64,000 nt of DNA from Eubacteriales bacterium (GCA_045544255.1 JAZPYP010000072.1:41764-105763), one strand, 5' to 3'; positions 26,566 to 36,783 are shown, counted from the first letter of the stretch. Numbers and translations: made by a program. Notes: generated from the letters alone by a model not told the origin.

Positions 26566-27669
26566 ATGGCTGATAAGAAGGACGCATTAGCAAAAGCGCT
26601 GGAGCAGATTGAAAAGCAATTTGGCGAAGGCGCGGTAATGAAGCTTGGCGATAATAAGCATATGAACGTTGGTGTGATTCCCACCGGTTCTCTTTCTTTG
26701 GATTTAGCGTTGGGAATCGGCGGTGTGCCCAAGGGGCGCGTGATTGAAATCTACGGACCGGAGAGTTCCGGTAAAACCACCGTTGCTCTTCACATTGCCG
26801 CAGAGGCCCAAAAGGCCGGCGGCACGGTTGCCTTTATTGATGCGGAGCACGCGTTGGATCCTGTTTATGCTTCTGCTTTGGGTGTCAATGTGGATGAACT
26901 TTTGGTTTCTCAACCGGATTATGGCGAGCAGGCCTTGGAGATCACCGAGCAGTTGGTGCGCTCCGGTGCTATCGACTTGGTAGTTGTGGACTCGGTTGCC
27001 GCATTGGTTCCCCGCCACGAAATTGAGGGCGAGATGGGCGACAGCCATGTTGGCCTGCAGGCCCGCCTGATGAGCCAAGCGCTCAGAAAGCTGACCGGCG
27101 TTTTGGCCAAGAGCAACTGCGTTGCCATCTTTATCAACCAGCTTCGGGATAAGGTAGGCGTGATCTACGGCAGCAGCGAAACCACCACCGGTGGACGGGC
27201 GCTGAAGTTCTATTCTTCGGTTCGGATCGATGTGCGCCGCACTGAAACCCTGAAGGCCGGCACCGAGATGATCGGAAGCGCCACCAAATGCAAAATTGTG
27301 AAGAACAAGGTTGCTCCCCCCTTCAAGACTGCCACTTTCGACATTATGTATGGCGAGGGCATTTCCAAGGAAGGCGAGCTTCTGGATCTTGGCGAAAAGC
27401 TCAAGCTGGTGAAGAAGAGCGGCGCATGGTTCTCTTATAAAGAGATGCGCATCGGCCAAGGCCGCGATAATGCAAAGAATTTCCTTCGGGAGAATTTGGA
27501 GATTGCCGCCGAGTTGGAGAAAGCAATCCGCGATAATTTTGATACCCTGCGGGAGATGGACAGCAAGGTAAAGAGCCCCAAGAAGAAGGCCGCTACCCCT
27601 GCGGAGGCCCCTGCCGAGGAAGTTAAACCCGCGGTTTCTTTAGATGTTTCCGCTGATGACTTTGAATGA
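26566..27669 (+). CDS. recA: recombinase RecA
   Basis: [20 protein letters not shown]..., Walker [19 protein letters not shown] before the ATG at 26566. The track start at 26476 is an AT-rich upstream extension. Confidence 0.95.
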   Translation: MADKKDALAKALEQIEKQFGEGAVMKLGDNKHMNVGVIPTGSLSLDLALGIGGVPKGRVIEIYGPESSGKTTVALHIAAEAQKAGGTVAFIDAEHALDPVYASALGVNVDELLVSQPDYGEQALEITEQLVRSGAIDLVVVDSVAALVPRHEIEGEMGDSHVGLQARLMSQALRKLTGVLAKSNCVAIFINQLRDKVGVIYGSSETTTGGRALKFYSSVRIDVRRTETLKAGTEMIGSATKCKIVKNKVAPPFKTATFDIMYGEGISKEGELLDLGEKLKLVKKSGAWFSYKEMRIGQGRDNAKNFLRENLEIAAELEKAIRDNFDTLREMDSKVKSPKKKAATPAEAPAEEVKPAVSLDVSADDFE

Positions 27670-28291
27670 TCAACCTCTTATCACCGATCTGCTCCCCAAT
27701 GCGGAAGATCCTTCCAAACGGGATATTTATATCGACGGGGATTTTTATCTGACGGTTCCCTATCTTTTTCTGCTGGAGCAGGATCTTCATATCGGGGATC
27801 CCTTCGGGCAGGAAGAGGAGGAACGGCTGCTGATGGCCGCCCAGCTAACCCTTGCAAAGGAAAAGGCCTATCAATATTTAGGCTACGGGGATCTCTCCTT
27901 CAAAAAGCTTTATGAAAAGCTTACCCGCTTCGGCATCGAAGAGCGAGTGGCGGAGCGGGCTTGCCGGATTCTGGAAGAGCAAGGGCTGATCGACGATCGG
28001 CGCCTTGCGGAGCATTTAGCCCATCGCCTTTATGAAGGAAAGCATTATGGCCCCAAGCGGATCCTGCCCGAACTTTGCCAAAAAGGCATTCCGGCGGAGA
28101 TTGCAAAAGAGGCGGTTGATGCCCTTCCAAAGGAAGATGAGATCCATCTTTCCTATTGGATGGAGCGCAAATACGGGCGCTTCGATCTTTCTGATCCCAA
28201 AGAGCGCAATAAGGTTTTTCAAGGGCTTTGCCGCTATGGCTTTTCCTTTGATGAAATTAATCATGTTTTAAAGGATTTTATGGATGACTAA
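27644..28291 (+). CDS. recX: recombination regulator RecX
   Basis: 215 aa helical-repeat protein immediately after, and overlapping, recA. Start could be the ATG at 27644 or 27656. Confidence 0.7.
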   Translation: MFPLMTLNDQPLITDLLPNAEDPSKRDIYIDGDFYLTVPYLFLLEQDLHIGDPFGQEEEERLLMAAQLTLAKEKAYQYLGYGDLSFKKLYEKLTRFGIEERVAERACRILEEQGLIDDRRLAEHLAHRLYEGKHYGPKRILPELCQKGIPAEIAKEAVDALPKEDEIHLSYWMERKYGRFDLSDPKERNKVFQGLCRYGFSFDEINHVLKDFMDD

Positions 28292-29609
28292 AGTCGCATT
28301 TATCGGCCTCGGCTGTGAAAAAAATATTATTAATACAGAGAAGATGATGGCCACCTGCCAAAATGCAGGCTTTACCCTCACCGATGAGCTGGAGGGGGCA
28401 GATGTTGCCATCATTAATACCTGCGGCTTTATTGAAAGCGCAAAGGCGGAAGCCTTGGAAACCTTTTTTGAGGTAGCCCAGCTTAAAGCCGAGGGCAAGG
28501 TGAAAAAAATTCTTCTTGCCGGCTGCCTGGTGCAGCGCTATCAAGAGGAGATCGCAAAGGAACTGCCGGAGGCCGATGGCTTTATCGGCGTTGGCAGCTT
28601 TCAGAATGTGGCCGATGCGGTAAACGCAGTGATGGCAGAGGAGGCGGTTGCCGCCTTCGGGCCGGTGGAAGACCTGCAGCTGGAAGGGGATCGCATTCTT
28701 ACCTCTCCTACCGCCACCTCCTATCTTAAGGTGGCCGACGGGTGCTCCAATAAATGCGCCTATTGCTGCATTCCCCTTATCCGCGGCCCCTTTAAAAGCC
28801 GCCCTATGGAAAATATTATTAATGAGGCCAAAAAGCTTGCGGCGGAGGGCACCCGCGAGCTGATCTTAATTGCTCAGGATACAACAAATTACGGCTTTGA
28901 TCTTTATGGAGAGCGCAAGCTCTGCGCTCTATTAAAAGAGCTGGTAAAGATCGATGGGCTTCAATGGATTCGGCTTCTCTACCTTTACCCCGATAAGGTA
29001 ACCGAAGAGCTGATCGATCTGATGGCGAAGGAAGAAAAGATCCTTCCTTATGTGGAAATGCCGATCCAGCATGCGGCGGGCCCTGTGCTGAAGGCGATGA
29101 ATCGCCCCGGCGATGATCAAAGCCTTTTAAGGACCATCGAAGATTTTCGAAAAAAACTCCCTCAGATCACCCTGCGCACCACCCTGATTGTGGGATTTCC
29201 GGGGGAAACGGAAGAAGATTTTGAAACCCTTTGCAATTTTGTTCGCAAGGCGAAATTTGATAAACTGGGTGTTTTCACCTTCTCGCCCGAAGAGGGCACT
29301 CCTGCCTTTGAGATGGAAGATCAGATCGAAGAGGAAGTGAAGGAGCGGCGGCAAGAGATCCTGGAGATGATTCAGGCCGAGATCATGGAAGAAAAGCAAT
29401 CCGCCCTGATCGGTCAGGAGCTTACTGTTTTGGTGGAAGGCTATGATCGGTTCGGCGAATGCTGGTTTGGCCGCAGCTTTATGGAAGCCCCCGATATTGA
29501 TGGCAAGATCTTTTTTACTGCCGAGGAGCCGATGCAGATCGGAGCCTTTGCGCAGGTGGAGATCAGCGATGTGATCGATTTCGATTTAATGGGCTTTGCC
29601 AAAGGCTAA
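28284..29609 (+). CDS. rimO: ribosomal protein S12 methylthiotransferase (radical SAM MTTase)
   Basis: N-terminal UPF0004 domain (FIGLGCEKN), radical SAM CSNKCAYCCIP, C-terminal TRAM. Confidence 0.75.
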   Translation: MTKVAFIGLGCEKNIINTEKMMATCQNAGFTLTDELEGADVAIINTCGFIESAKAEALETFFEVAQLKAEGKVKKILLAGCLVQRYQEEIAKELPEADGFIGVGSFQNVADAVNAVMAEEAVAAFGPVEDLQLEGDRILTSPTATSYLKVADGCSNKCAYCCIPLIRGPFKSRPMENIINEAKKLAAEGTRELILIAQDTTNYGFDLYGERKLCALLKELVKIDGLQWIRLLYLYPDKVTEELIDLMAKEEKILPYVEMPIQHAAGPVLKAMNRPGDDQSLLRTIEDFRKKLPQITLRTTLIVGFPGETEEDFETLCNFVRKAKFDKLGVFTFSPEEGTPAFEMEDQIEEEVKERRQEILEMIQAEIMEEKQSALIGQELTVLVEGYDRFGECWFGRSFMEAPDIDGKIFFTAEEPMQIGAFAQVEISDVIDFDLMGFAKG

Positions 29610-29635
29610 AATTTAAAATTAAAGGAGAATGATCC

Positions 29636-30232
29636 ATGAATTTACCAAATAAACTCACCCTTTTGCGGGTGATCATGATTCCCGCTTTTGTGGCAGTTAT
29701 TTTGCTGGTGCCTGCCCCCTTGGGCCCTGTGATCGGCGCCGCCATCTACGCTTTGGCTTCTATTACCGACGCTCTCGACGGGCATCTGGCAAGAAAGCAT
29801 AATTTAGTTACCGATTTTGGCAAGTTTCTGGATCCCTTGGCCGATAAAATGCTGGTGATCTCTGCTCTGGTGCTGCTTCAGCATATGGGGCTGATCCATC
29901 CGGTTATTACCATTATCATCATTGCAAGAGAACTGATGGTTACCTCTATCCGCCTTATCGCCGCAAGCAGCGAGGGCAAGGTGATCGCTGCCGGCTGGTG
30001 GGGAAAGGCAAAAACAGTTACCCAAATGATCGCCACCCTGCTTTTGATGGTGGAGCCGGTTCTGCTGGGGCAGATCGAATGGGCTTGGAAGATTCCCTTC
30101 CTTACCGGCGCAACCCCCGAAACCACCGCCGCTATCGGCACCGCCCTTCTTTATGTGGCTACTCTGCTGACGATTATTTCAGGCATGGATTATCTTATTA
30201 AAAACTGGAAATACCTCGATTACCGTAAGTAA
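29636..30232 (+). CDS. pgsA: CDP-diacylglycerol--glycerol-3-phosphate 3-phosphatidyltransferase
   Basis: CDP-alcohol phosphatidyltransferase motif DALDGHLARK...DPLADK. Confidence 0.85.
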   Translation: MNLPNKLTLLRVIMIPAFVAVILLVPAPLGPVIGAAIYALASITDALDGHLARKHNLVTDFGKFLDPLADKMLVISALVLLQHMGLIHPVITIIIIARELMVTSIRLIAASSEGKVIAAGWWGKAKTVTQMIATLLLMVEPVLLGQIEWAWKIPFLTGATPETTAAIGTALLYVATLLTIISGMDYLIKNWKYLDYRK

Positions 30233-30239
30233 AAAAGTA

Positions 30240-30275
30240 AAACCGCCGATGGAACATCGGCGGTTTGCTTTTTTA
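30240..30275 (+). terminator. pgsA terminator
   Basis: AAACCGCCGATG-loop-CATCGGCGGTTT followed by GCTTTTTT. Confidence 0.85.
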
Positions 30276-30300
30276 TTAAATCCCATCTTTTTACCTTCCC

Positions 30301-30895
30301 GCACAATTCATTTGTGCACCCTAACTCATTTCTTTGCCGCCACACAATTCATTTGTACACCCTAACTCATTTCTGCGTAGCCGCATAATTCATTTGTACA
30401 CCCTAACCCATTTCTGCGTAGCTGCACAATTCATTTGTGCACCCCAACCCATTTCTGCGCAGCCGCACAAATCATTTGTACACCCCCAACCCATTTCTGC
30501 GCAGCTGCACAATTCATTTGTACATCCTAACCCATTTCTGCGCAGCCGCACAATTCATTTGTACTCCCTATCCCATTTCTGCGCAGCCGCACAATTCATT
30601 TGTGCACCCTAACCCATTTCTGCCCAGCTGCACAATTCATTTGTGCACCCCAACTCATTTCTTTGCCGCCGCACAATTCATTTGTACACCCTAACCCATT
30701 TCTGCGCAGCTGCACAATTCATTTGTACACCCTAACTCATTTCTGCGCAGCCGCACAATTCATTTGTACACCCCAACTCATTTCTGCGCAACCGCACAAT
30801 TCATTTGTGCACCCCAACTTATTTCTGCGCAGCCGCACAATTCATTTGTGCACCCCAACTCATTTCTTTGCCGCCGCACAATTCATTTGTGCACC
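30301..30895 (+). repeat. tandem array B: 15 copies of the same 41-bp unit
   Basis: Unit starts at 30301, 30342, 30383, 30424, 30465, 30507, 30548, 30589, 30630, 30671, 30712, 30753, 30794, 30835 and 30876 (all steps 41 except one of 42). Same orientation as array A. Confidence 0.95.
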
Positions 30896-30951
30896 TGATT
30901 TCTTTGCAATGATCAACCCAAATCATTTGGGTTTTGGGGTGATTGACATTT

Positions 30952-30980
30952 TTTGAGGAGAGGTGTATACTTTTTGAGAA
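30952..30980 (+). promoter_or_regulatory. promoter of riboswitch-DUF4430 operon
   Basis: TTGACA - 17 nt - TATACT. Confidence 0.6.
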
Positions 30981-30986
30981 GCGAAG

Positions 30987-31290
30987 CTATGCTTTTCTTG
31001 GCAGGGCATAAATGCCTTGCCGCAAGGAAGAGGGGTGAGATTCCCCCGCGAACTCGTCGCCGTGATAGGTGAGGGTTCTCCCTGAAATGCCACTGAGGAA
31101 GCGATTCCTTGGGAAGGCGGGAGAAACCGCAATCAGCCTTCAGCCGGAATATTTGGAGCATAGAAAAATCCATAAGCTTGCTACGAGTGCTTAGCCTTTC
31201 AATAAGGGCTCTGCTGCCGGCAGAGGGCAGCGAAGGCTTTATGGGAAGCAGAAAAGGGCTTTTTGGATTTCCCGCTTTAGAAAATTTAAA
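30987..31290 (+). promoter_or_regulatory. cobalamin (B12) riboswitch leader
   Basis: Conserved cobalamin-riboswitch blocks in the expected order: GGGGTGAGATTCC, GCCACTG (31098..31104), GGGAAGGC (31120..31127) and a B12-box-like CAGCCGGAATATTTGG. The downstream genes are types commonly under B12 riboswitches. Confidence 0.65.
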
Positions 31291-31302
31291 AGGAGATAAA
31301 AA

Positions 31303-31695
31303 ATGAGCAAAAAGCAAAAGCTGCTAACGATCGTTGGCGGCGTCATTCTGATTGCCCTTGCGGCAGTTGCTTTGCTCCTTTGGAATGGTTTCTCTGCCAA
31401 GCCGGAAGAAGGAAATAAGCAAATTACATTTGAACTGATCGATAAAGACGGCAGTTCTAAGGAATTCAGCATCAAAACCGATGCCGAATATTTGGCAGAT
31501 GCCTTGGTAGAGGAAAAGCTGATCACCTACGATAAAGGCGGCCTTTATACCACCATCAACGGCATCACCTGCGATTGGGAAAAAGACCAAGCCTATTGGG
31601 CCATTTCCATCGACGGGGAATATGCGATGGTTGGCATGAATGAGATTCCCATTAAAGATGGGGGACATTATGAAGCAACCTATACAAAAGGGTAA
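31303..31695 (+). CDS. DUF4430 (transcobalamin-like) membrane-anchored binding protein
   Basis: 130 aa with an N-terminal anchor and a DUF4430-like core (YWAISIDGEYAMVGMNEIPIKDGGHY). Confidence 0.6.
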   Translation: MSKKQKLLTIVGGVILIALAAVALLLWNGFSAKPEEGNKQITFELIDKDGSSKEFSIKTDAEYLADALVEEKLITYDKGGLYTTINGITCDWEKDQAYWAISIDGEYAMVGMNEIPIKDGGHYEATYTKG

Positions 31696-32176
31696 GGCCC
31701 TGCAGGATCTGACCGCTCTGGCGGTATTTGCGGCGCTATTGATCGCGGTGCAGGTGGGGCTTTCTTTTCTGCCAAATATAGAGCTGGTTACACTATTGAT
31801 TATTTTAATGACCAAGCGCTTTGGCTGGAAGAGCATGCTCTCTGTTTGGGTATTTGTTTTGGTGGAAGGGCTGATCTACGGAGTGCACATTTGGTGGATC
31901 AATTATCTTTATATCTGGCCCCTTTTGGTGATTTCAGTTTTGCTTTTCAAAAAGCTTGATCATCCCCTGCCCTTTGCAATTCTGGCGGGAGGCTATGGGC
32001 TGCTCTTCGGCACCCTTTGCTCCATTCCCTATTTTTTAACCGGCGGCCTTGGGGCAGGCTTTGGCTATATAATCAGCGGCATTCCCTTTGATCTGATCCA
32101 TTGCATCAGCAACTTTTTATTGGTGCTGCTTCTTTATAAGCCTCTGACCTTTACCTTAAATAAGATTCTGCATTAA
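31670..32176 (+). CDS. putative ECF-transporter S component (possible cobalamin-specific, CbrT-like)
   Basis: ~168 aa with 5-6 TM helices. ATG at 31670 after a GGGGGA SD, overlapping the DUF4430 end. Sits behind a B12 riboswitch. Confidence 0.45.
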   Translation: MKQPIQKGKALQDLTALAVFAALLIAVQVGLSFLPNIELVTLLIILMTKRFGWKSMLSVWVFVLVEGLIYGVHIWWINYLYIWPLLVISVLLFKKLDHPLPFAILAGGYGLLFGTLCSIPYFLTGGLGAGFGYIISGIPFDLIHCISNFLLVLLLYKPLTFTLNKILH

Positions 32177-32215
32177 AAAATCCCGAAGCGGTTCTCCGCT
32201 TCGGGATTTTCTTTT
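32177..32215. terminator. bidirectional terminator (ECF-S / SLH protein)
   Basis: AAATCCCGAAGCGG-loop-CCGCTTCGGGATTT with an A-run before and a T-run after, between convergent genes. Confidence 0.85.
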
Positions 32216-32224
32216 ATTGCATAA

Positions 32225-34102
32225 TTACAAAATGTTATCAGGATACAAGATGTTGCTTACAAGCTGAGCAACTTCGTTTCTGGTAATGGTAGCGGTAGGT
32301 TTAATATAGCCGTTATCACCGTTTACATAGCCTAAATAGATGGCAGTATAGGTGCCGGGTCTTGCCCATTTTGCAACCTTATCCAGATCCTTGAAGCCCA
32401 TTTCTTTCACTGTATTATCAATGCTTTCCTTGAATACGGCATAATAGGCGTCCACATCGCCCACTTGAGAATTCATCAATGCGCGGAAAACTTCGTTGCG
32501 GGTGGCCTCTTTATTTCCGAAGAAATAAGTGGTAGATTCATTGGTTTCAGTATTGGTTACTTTAGTACCTTCCATCAGGCCATTCAGCCAAGCAGCTTTG
32601 GCATAGCGAGCGCCCCAACCGCTGATCTTTTCATCAAAGGGGTTCTCTGCCTTGGTATAAAGATTTGCGTTAATGAACTTCATTCTGCAAAGAAGGGCTG
32701 CCAGCTCATAACGAGTAAATTTGCCTTTCCCGTTGAATTCGCCCTTTTCATTGCCCTTGAGCAGGCCAAGGCCGCTTTCAGCAAGGTTTCTGATAGCCGT
32801 TGCTGCCCATTTTACCTGATTATCGGTATATTCATTAAAGATCGGGCAGGCAATCACGATAGGAATAACCAACTCATCCCCGCGGTTATTCATCAGATGG
32901 GCATAAAGAACAGTAATGCCGCTATCCAATTTGATTTTGGTATTATTCTTTACAACAACGTTTGCATAAAGATCGGCATAAACAGTTACGCTATAGCCGC
33001 CAAGAGCCATTACTTCCAGATTATAGGTTTCGGTGCCTTCGGGAGGCATTACTTCTATACCGCCGAAGAGGAAAGATTCTGCGCCGCCCCGCACATAAAG
33101 CAGATCGGTGCCGCCCATGGGCAGGGGAGCCGCTGCATCATCATCGGCAGGGTCTGCGGTGGTATTGATAATCAGCTTATGAGCTTTGGACTCTGTAACT
33201 CCATCGGAAGCCGTTACAACCAAATATACAACGGTCGTTGCTTCCTTCAGCTTCAGATTATGATTAGAAATTTCTTCTGCGCATTCTTCGTCTGTATAAA
33301 GAGTAACGGTAGCACCTTCCGGAACGGTTGCATTTACAAGGAAGGTATTATATGCGGTATTTGCAATATAGGCATCTTCTGCTGCGTTGAACTCCGCATC
33401 GTCGATCCCCGAAAGGGTGCAATTATCATTTCCCCTGGAAACAACAACTCCAATAAACCATTCTTCGGTGGCAACGCCATCATGAGCGGTAACCTTGGCG
33501 ATCAGGAAATCATTTTTTGCAACAGTATATACCCCATCCTTGGGAGCAATCAACTGGCCCATTTCATTCTTAATGATTACAGATGCGCCAACAGAAAGAT
33601 CCAAACCAAAAGATACAGCCTGCCCTTCCTCTTGGGATTCCAAAAGGAAATTATTTCCATCTCTCATTAGGGTAAAGCCGGTACCGGTTACCTCTTCAAT
33701 TTTGGTTTCATCATTATAAAGGCGCTGCAGCTTCAGTTCATAAACATTGGTGCCGTTCTCATCGCTCAGCTCAATATAATAGGTATAAACCGAATATTGG
33801 CGAAGAGGAACAGAATATACACCGCCATTCGCAATGATTTCTGCGCCCAACCGATTCTTTACAGCAACGGTAACGCCCTCATCAACAGAGAGCGAAAACT
33901 CAAAATCATCGTTCCAATAACCAACCTGATAAAAATAAGTATTTCCCTCTACAGACTCGCTGCGGATATACATATCATCAGCGGGATTCAACTCATTCAG
34001 TTCGGGAAGAGCGCCCTCTGCAGAAGCGACCATCGGTACCATGGATACCAACATTACTACTGCGAGAACCATGCTCAACAGTTTAGTTGAAATTTTTGCC
34101 AT
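32225..34102 (-). CDS. cell-surface protein with cadherin-like beta-sandwich repeats and C-terminal SLH domains
   Basis: ATG at 34102 after a GGAGG SD gives the signal peptide MAKISTKLLSMVLAVVMLVSMVPMVASA. C-terminal SLH-like repeats (FTRYELAALLCRM, ATRNEVFRAL, ITRNEVAQLV). Confidence 0.75.
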   Translation of the reverse strand: MAKISTKLLSMVLAVVMLVSMVPMVASAEGALPELNELNPADDMYIRSESVEGNTYFYQVGYWNDDFEFSLSVDEGVTVAVKNRLGAEIIANGGVYSVPLRQYSVYTYYIELSDENGTNVYELKLQRLYNDETKIEEVTGTGFTLMRDGNNFLLESQEEGQAVSFGLDLSVGASVIIKNEMGQLIAPKDGVYTVAKNDFLIAKVTAHDGVATEEWFIGVVVSRGNDNCTLSGIDDAEFNAAEDAYIANTAYNTFLVNATVPEGATVTLYTDEECAEEISNHNLKLKEATTVVYLVVTASDGVTESKAHKLIINTTADPADDDAAAPLPMGGTDLLYVRGGAESFLFGGIEVMPPEGTETYNLEVMALGGYSVTVYADLYANVVVKNNTKIKLDSGITVLYAHLMNNRGDELVIPIVIACPIFNEYTDNQVKWAATAIRNLAESGLGLLKGNEKGEFNGKGKFTRYELAALLCRMKFINANLYTKAENPFDEKISGWGARYAKAAWLNGLMEGTKVTNTETNESTTYFFGNKEATRNEVFRALMNSQVGDVDAYYAVFKESIDNTVKEMGFKDLDKVAKWARPGTYTAIYLGYVNGDNGYIKPTATITRNEVAQLVSNILYPDNIL

Positions 34103-34276
34103 ATCTTTTGCCTCCATTTTCAAGAAAAGATATTCAAGCAAGGGCGAAAATCCGAGCCTTGCTTCAAGAAGCGGATTTTCGCTACTGCTTCATTTAAAAT
34201 TATAACAAAAGGCCTCTTATTTAGATATAACCTTATGTTGTTCTTTTACCACAATTTGTGGACATTTAAAACTACC

Positions 34277-36766
34277 TTATTCCTCAGCGGCAGTTTCTTC
34301 GGGTTCTGGCTCTTCTTCCTCTCTTGCGGCCAGCGCAATATCGATCACCTGCACCCCTTCTCCCATTCTTACCACGCGAACCCCTTGAGTGGAGCGGCCG
34401 AGAGTGGGAATTTCTTCGGTATGAGTGCGTATGATAATGCCGCCGGAGCTGATGGCCAGAAGGTCCTCGCCATCCTCAACCATCTTGATGGCTGCGATCT
34501 TGCCGGTCTTTTCGGTAACATTATAGTTGGTAATTCCCTTACCACCGCGGGTTTGCAGGCGATATTCTTCAAATTCTGTGCGCTTACCATAGCCGTTTTC
34601 GGTGATGGAAAGCAGATTTTTGCCCTCAACGGGAATTGCCATACCAATCAGATAATCTCCATCTTTCAGGCGAATGCCCCGCACACCCTTGGTGGCGCGG
34701 CCCATGCTCCGCACATCCTCCTCCGCAAAGCGGATGGCCTTACCCTCATGGGAGGCGAGCATAACCATATCCTCGCCGCTTGTACGCATTACTTCGATCA
34801 GATCATCATCCTCTTCCAATACAATAGCGATCACACCGCTCTTGCGGATATTGCTGTATTCAGAAAGGGGCGTCTTTTTCACAGTACCGTTGCGGGTGGC
34901 CATGATCAGATTGCCGCCTTGCTCGAAGCTTTCGATGCGGATCATGGCATTGACCTTCTCATCGCTCTCGATGGGCAGAAGATTAACCACATTAGTACCC
35001 TTGGCAACCCTGCTGCTTTCCGGCACTTCATAGCCCTTCAGGCGATAGACCCGCCCTCTGGTTGTAAAGAACAGAATGGTATCATGGGTAGAGGCAGAGA
35101 AGAGGCTCTTGACCACATCTTCTTCCTTGGTCTTCATACCGGTGATGCCTCTGCCGCCCCGATGCTGGGCTTTATAGGTATCCACTGTCTGCCGCTTGAT
35201 ATAGCCGGCTTCGGTAAGAGTAAAGATGCAATCTTCAACGGGGATCAGGTCCTCATCCTCCAGCCCGATCTCGCCATGGCCGATCTCGGTGCGGCGGTCA
35301 TCGCCGAATTTGCGGGCCACTTCCGAAAGATCGGTTTTCAAAATATCCACAACCCGATAATCGTTTGCAAGGATATCCTTCAGATCGGCAATTTTAGCGG
35401 AGATTTCTTTGTATTCATTCTCCAGCTTTTCCCGCTCCAGACCGGAAAGCTGACCAAGCTTCATATCAACGATCGCCTGCGCCTGAATTTCATCCAATTC
35501 AAACCGCGCCATTAATTTTTCTTTGGCATCGGCAATATGCTTACTGCCGCGGATAATGGCAATCACTTCATCGATATGATCGATCGCCTTCAGAAGACCT
35601 TCCAAAATATGGGCTCTGGCTTCCGCCTTTTTGATCTCAAAAGCGGTGCGGCGGCGGATAACCTCCTTTTGGTGGAGAAGATATTGCTCCAACATCTGCT
35701 TTAAGGAGAGAACCTTGGGCTCGCCGTTGACCAGCGCCAGCATGATTACCGAGCAGGTAACCTGCATATCGGTATATTTATAAAGCTGATTTAAGATCAC
35801 TTGGGGATTGGCCTCTTTTTTCAGCTCAACCACAAAGCGAAGGCCATCCTTATCGGTTTCATCCCGAATATCGGAGATGCCCTCGATGCGGCCGGTTTTT
35901 ACTTCATCGGCGATCTTTTCAATCAAAGCAGCCTTGCGCACCATATAGGGAATTTCATTGACTACGATTTTATAGCGGCCATCTCTCCATTCCTCGATCT
36001 CGGCTCTGGCCCGCACATAGATCTTGCCGCGGCCGGTGCGATAGGCATTGCGGATCCCGCTTCTGCCCATAATGATCGCGCCGGTGGGAAAATCAGGGCC
36101 TTTGATATATTCGCAAAGCTCATCCACATCCATTTCCGGATTATCCAGAAGAGCAACCGCGCCATCTACCACTTCTCTGAGGTTATGGGGCGGAATATCG
36201 GTAGCCATACCAACGGCAATACCGGAGGAGCCATTTACCAGAAGATTGGGGTATCTGGCGGGGAGAACCCGCGGCTCTTTTCTTGTTTCATCAAAGTTGG
36301 GATCCCAATCGATGGTATCTTTTTCAATATCCTTGAGCATCTCATTAGAGATCTTGCTCATTCTTGCCTCGGTATAACGATAAGCCGCGGCAGGATCACC
36401 GTCGATAGAACCAAAGTTGCCATGGCCATCTACCAAAGGATAGCGCAGGGAGAAGGGCTGAGCCAAGCGCACCAGCGCATCATAAACAGAGGCATCGCCA
36501 TGGGGATGATAGCGGCCCAATACATCGCCCACGCAGGTGGCCGATTTTCTGAAGGGCTTATCGCTGGTCAGATTGTCTTCATACATAGCATAAAGAATCC
36601 GGCGGTGCACAGGCTTCAGGCCATCGCGCACATCAGGAAGAGCGCGGCCGACGATAACCGACATGGCATAGTCGATATAGGAGGTTTTCATCTCCTTTTC
36701 CAGATCGACGGGGACAATATATTGATTTTCATAACTGCTGGTATCAAATTGATCATATTTAGCCAT
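34277..36766 (-). CDS. gyrA: DNA gyrase subunit A
   Basis: 829 aa. [16 protein letters not shown], and the active-site region AAYRYTE. Confidence 0.95.
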   Translation of the reverse strand: MAKYDQFDTSSYENQYIVPVDLEKEMKTSYIDYAMSVIVGRALPDVRDGLKPVHRRILYAMYEDNLTSDKPFRKSATCVGDVLGRYHPHGDASVYDALVRLAQPFSLRYPLVDGHGNFGSIDGDPAAAYRYTEARMSKISNEMLKDIEKDTIDWDPNFDETRKEPRVLPARYPNLLVNGSSGIAVGMATDIPPHNLREVVDGAVALLDNPEMDVDELCEYIKGPDFPTGAIIMGRSGIRNAYRTGRGKIYVRARAEIEEWRDGRYKIVVNEIPYMVRKAALIEKIADEVKTGRIEGISDIRDETDKDGLRFVVELKKEANPQVILNQLYKYTDMQVTCSVIMLALVNGEPKVLSLKQMLEQYLLHQKEVIRRRTAFEIKKAEARAHILEGLLKAIDHIDEVIAIIRGSKHIADAKEKLMARFELDEIQAQAIVDMKLGQLSGLEREKLENEYKEISAKIADLKDILANDYRVVDILKTDLSEVARKFGDDRRTEIGHGEIGLEDEDLIPVEDCIFTLTEAGYIKRQTVDTYKAQHRGGRGITGMKTKEEDVVKSLFSASTHDTILFFTTRGRVYRLKGYEVPESSRVAKGTNVVNLLPIESDEKVNAMIRIESFEQGGNLIMATRNGTVKKTPLSEYSNIRKSGVIAIVLEEDDDLIEVMRTSGEDMVMLASHEGKAIRFAEEDVRSMGRATKGVRGIRLKDGDYLIGMAIPVEGKNLLSITENGYGKRTEFEEYRLQTRGGKGITNYNVTEKTGKIAAIKMVEDGEDLLAISSGGIIIRTHTEEIPTLGRSTQGVRVVRMGEGVQVIDIALAAREEEEPEPEETAAEE

Positions 36767-36783
36767 TTTTCACGCACCTCCTT

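Noticed and set aside
25190-30895. CRISPR arrays (regularly spaced palindromic repeats at 25190..25453 and 30301..30895)
   Set aside because: The whole 41-bp period is conserved. The 21-24 nt between the palindromes is nearly identical from unit to unit and too short for spacers. No cas genes or leader are present in the window.
30334-30956. Track ORFs 30334..30612, 30437..30694 and 30600..30956 (HNSFVHPNPFLRS... repeats) as coding
   Set aside because: Three overlapping ORFs in all three forward frames across the same tandem DNA repeat. This is an artefact of a stop-poor repeat unit, not genes.
34144-34182. 11-bp-stem hairpin GCGAAAATCCG...CGGATTTTCGC as the gyrA terminator
   Set aside because: No U-run follows it on the minus strand. 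It sits ~40 nt upstream of the SLH gene start, so it is more likely part of that gene's 5' UTR. Function undetermined.
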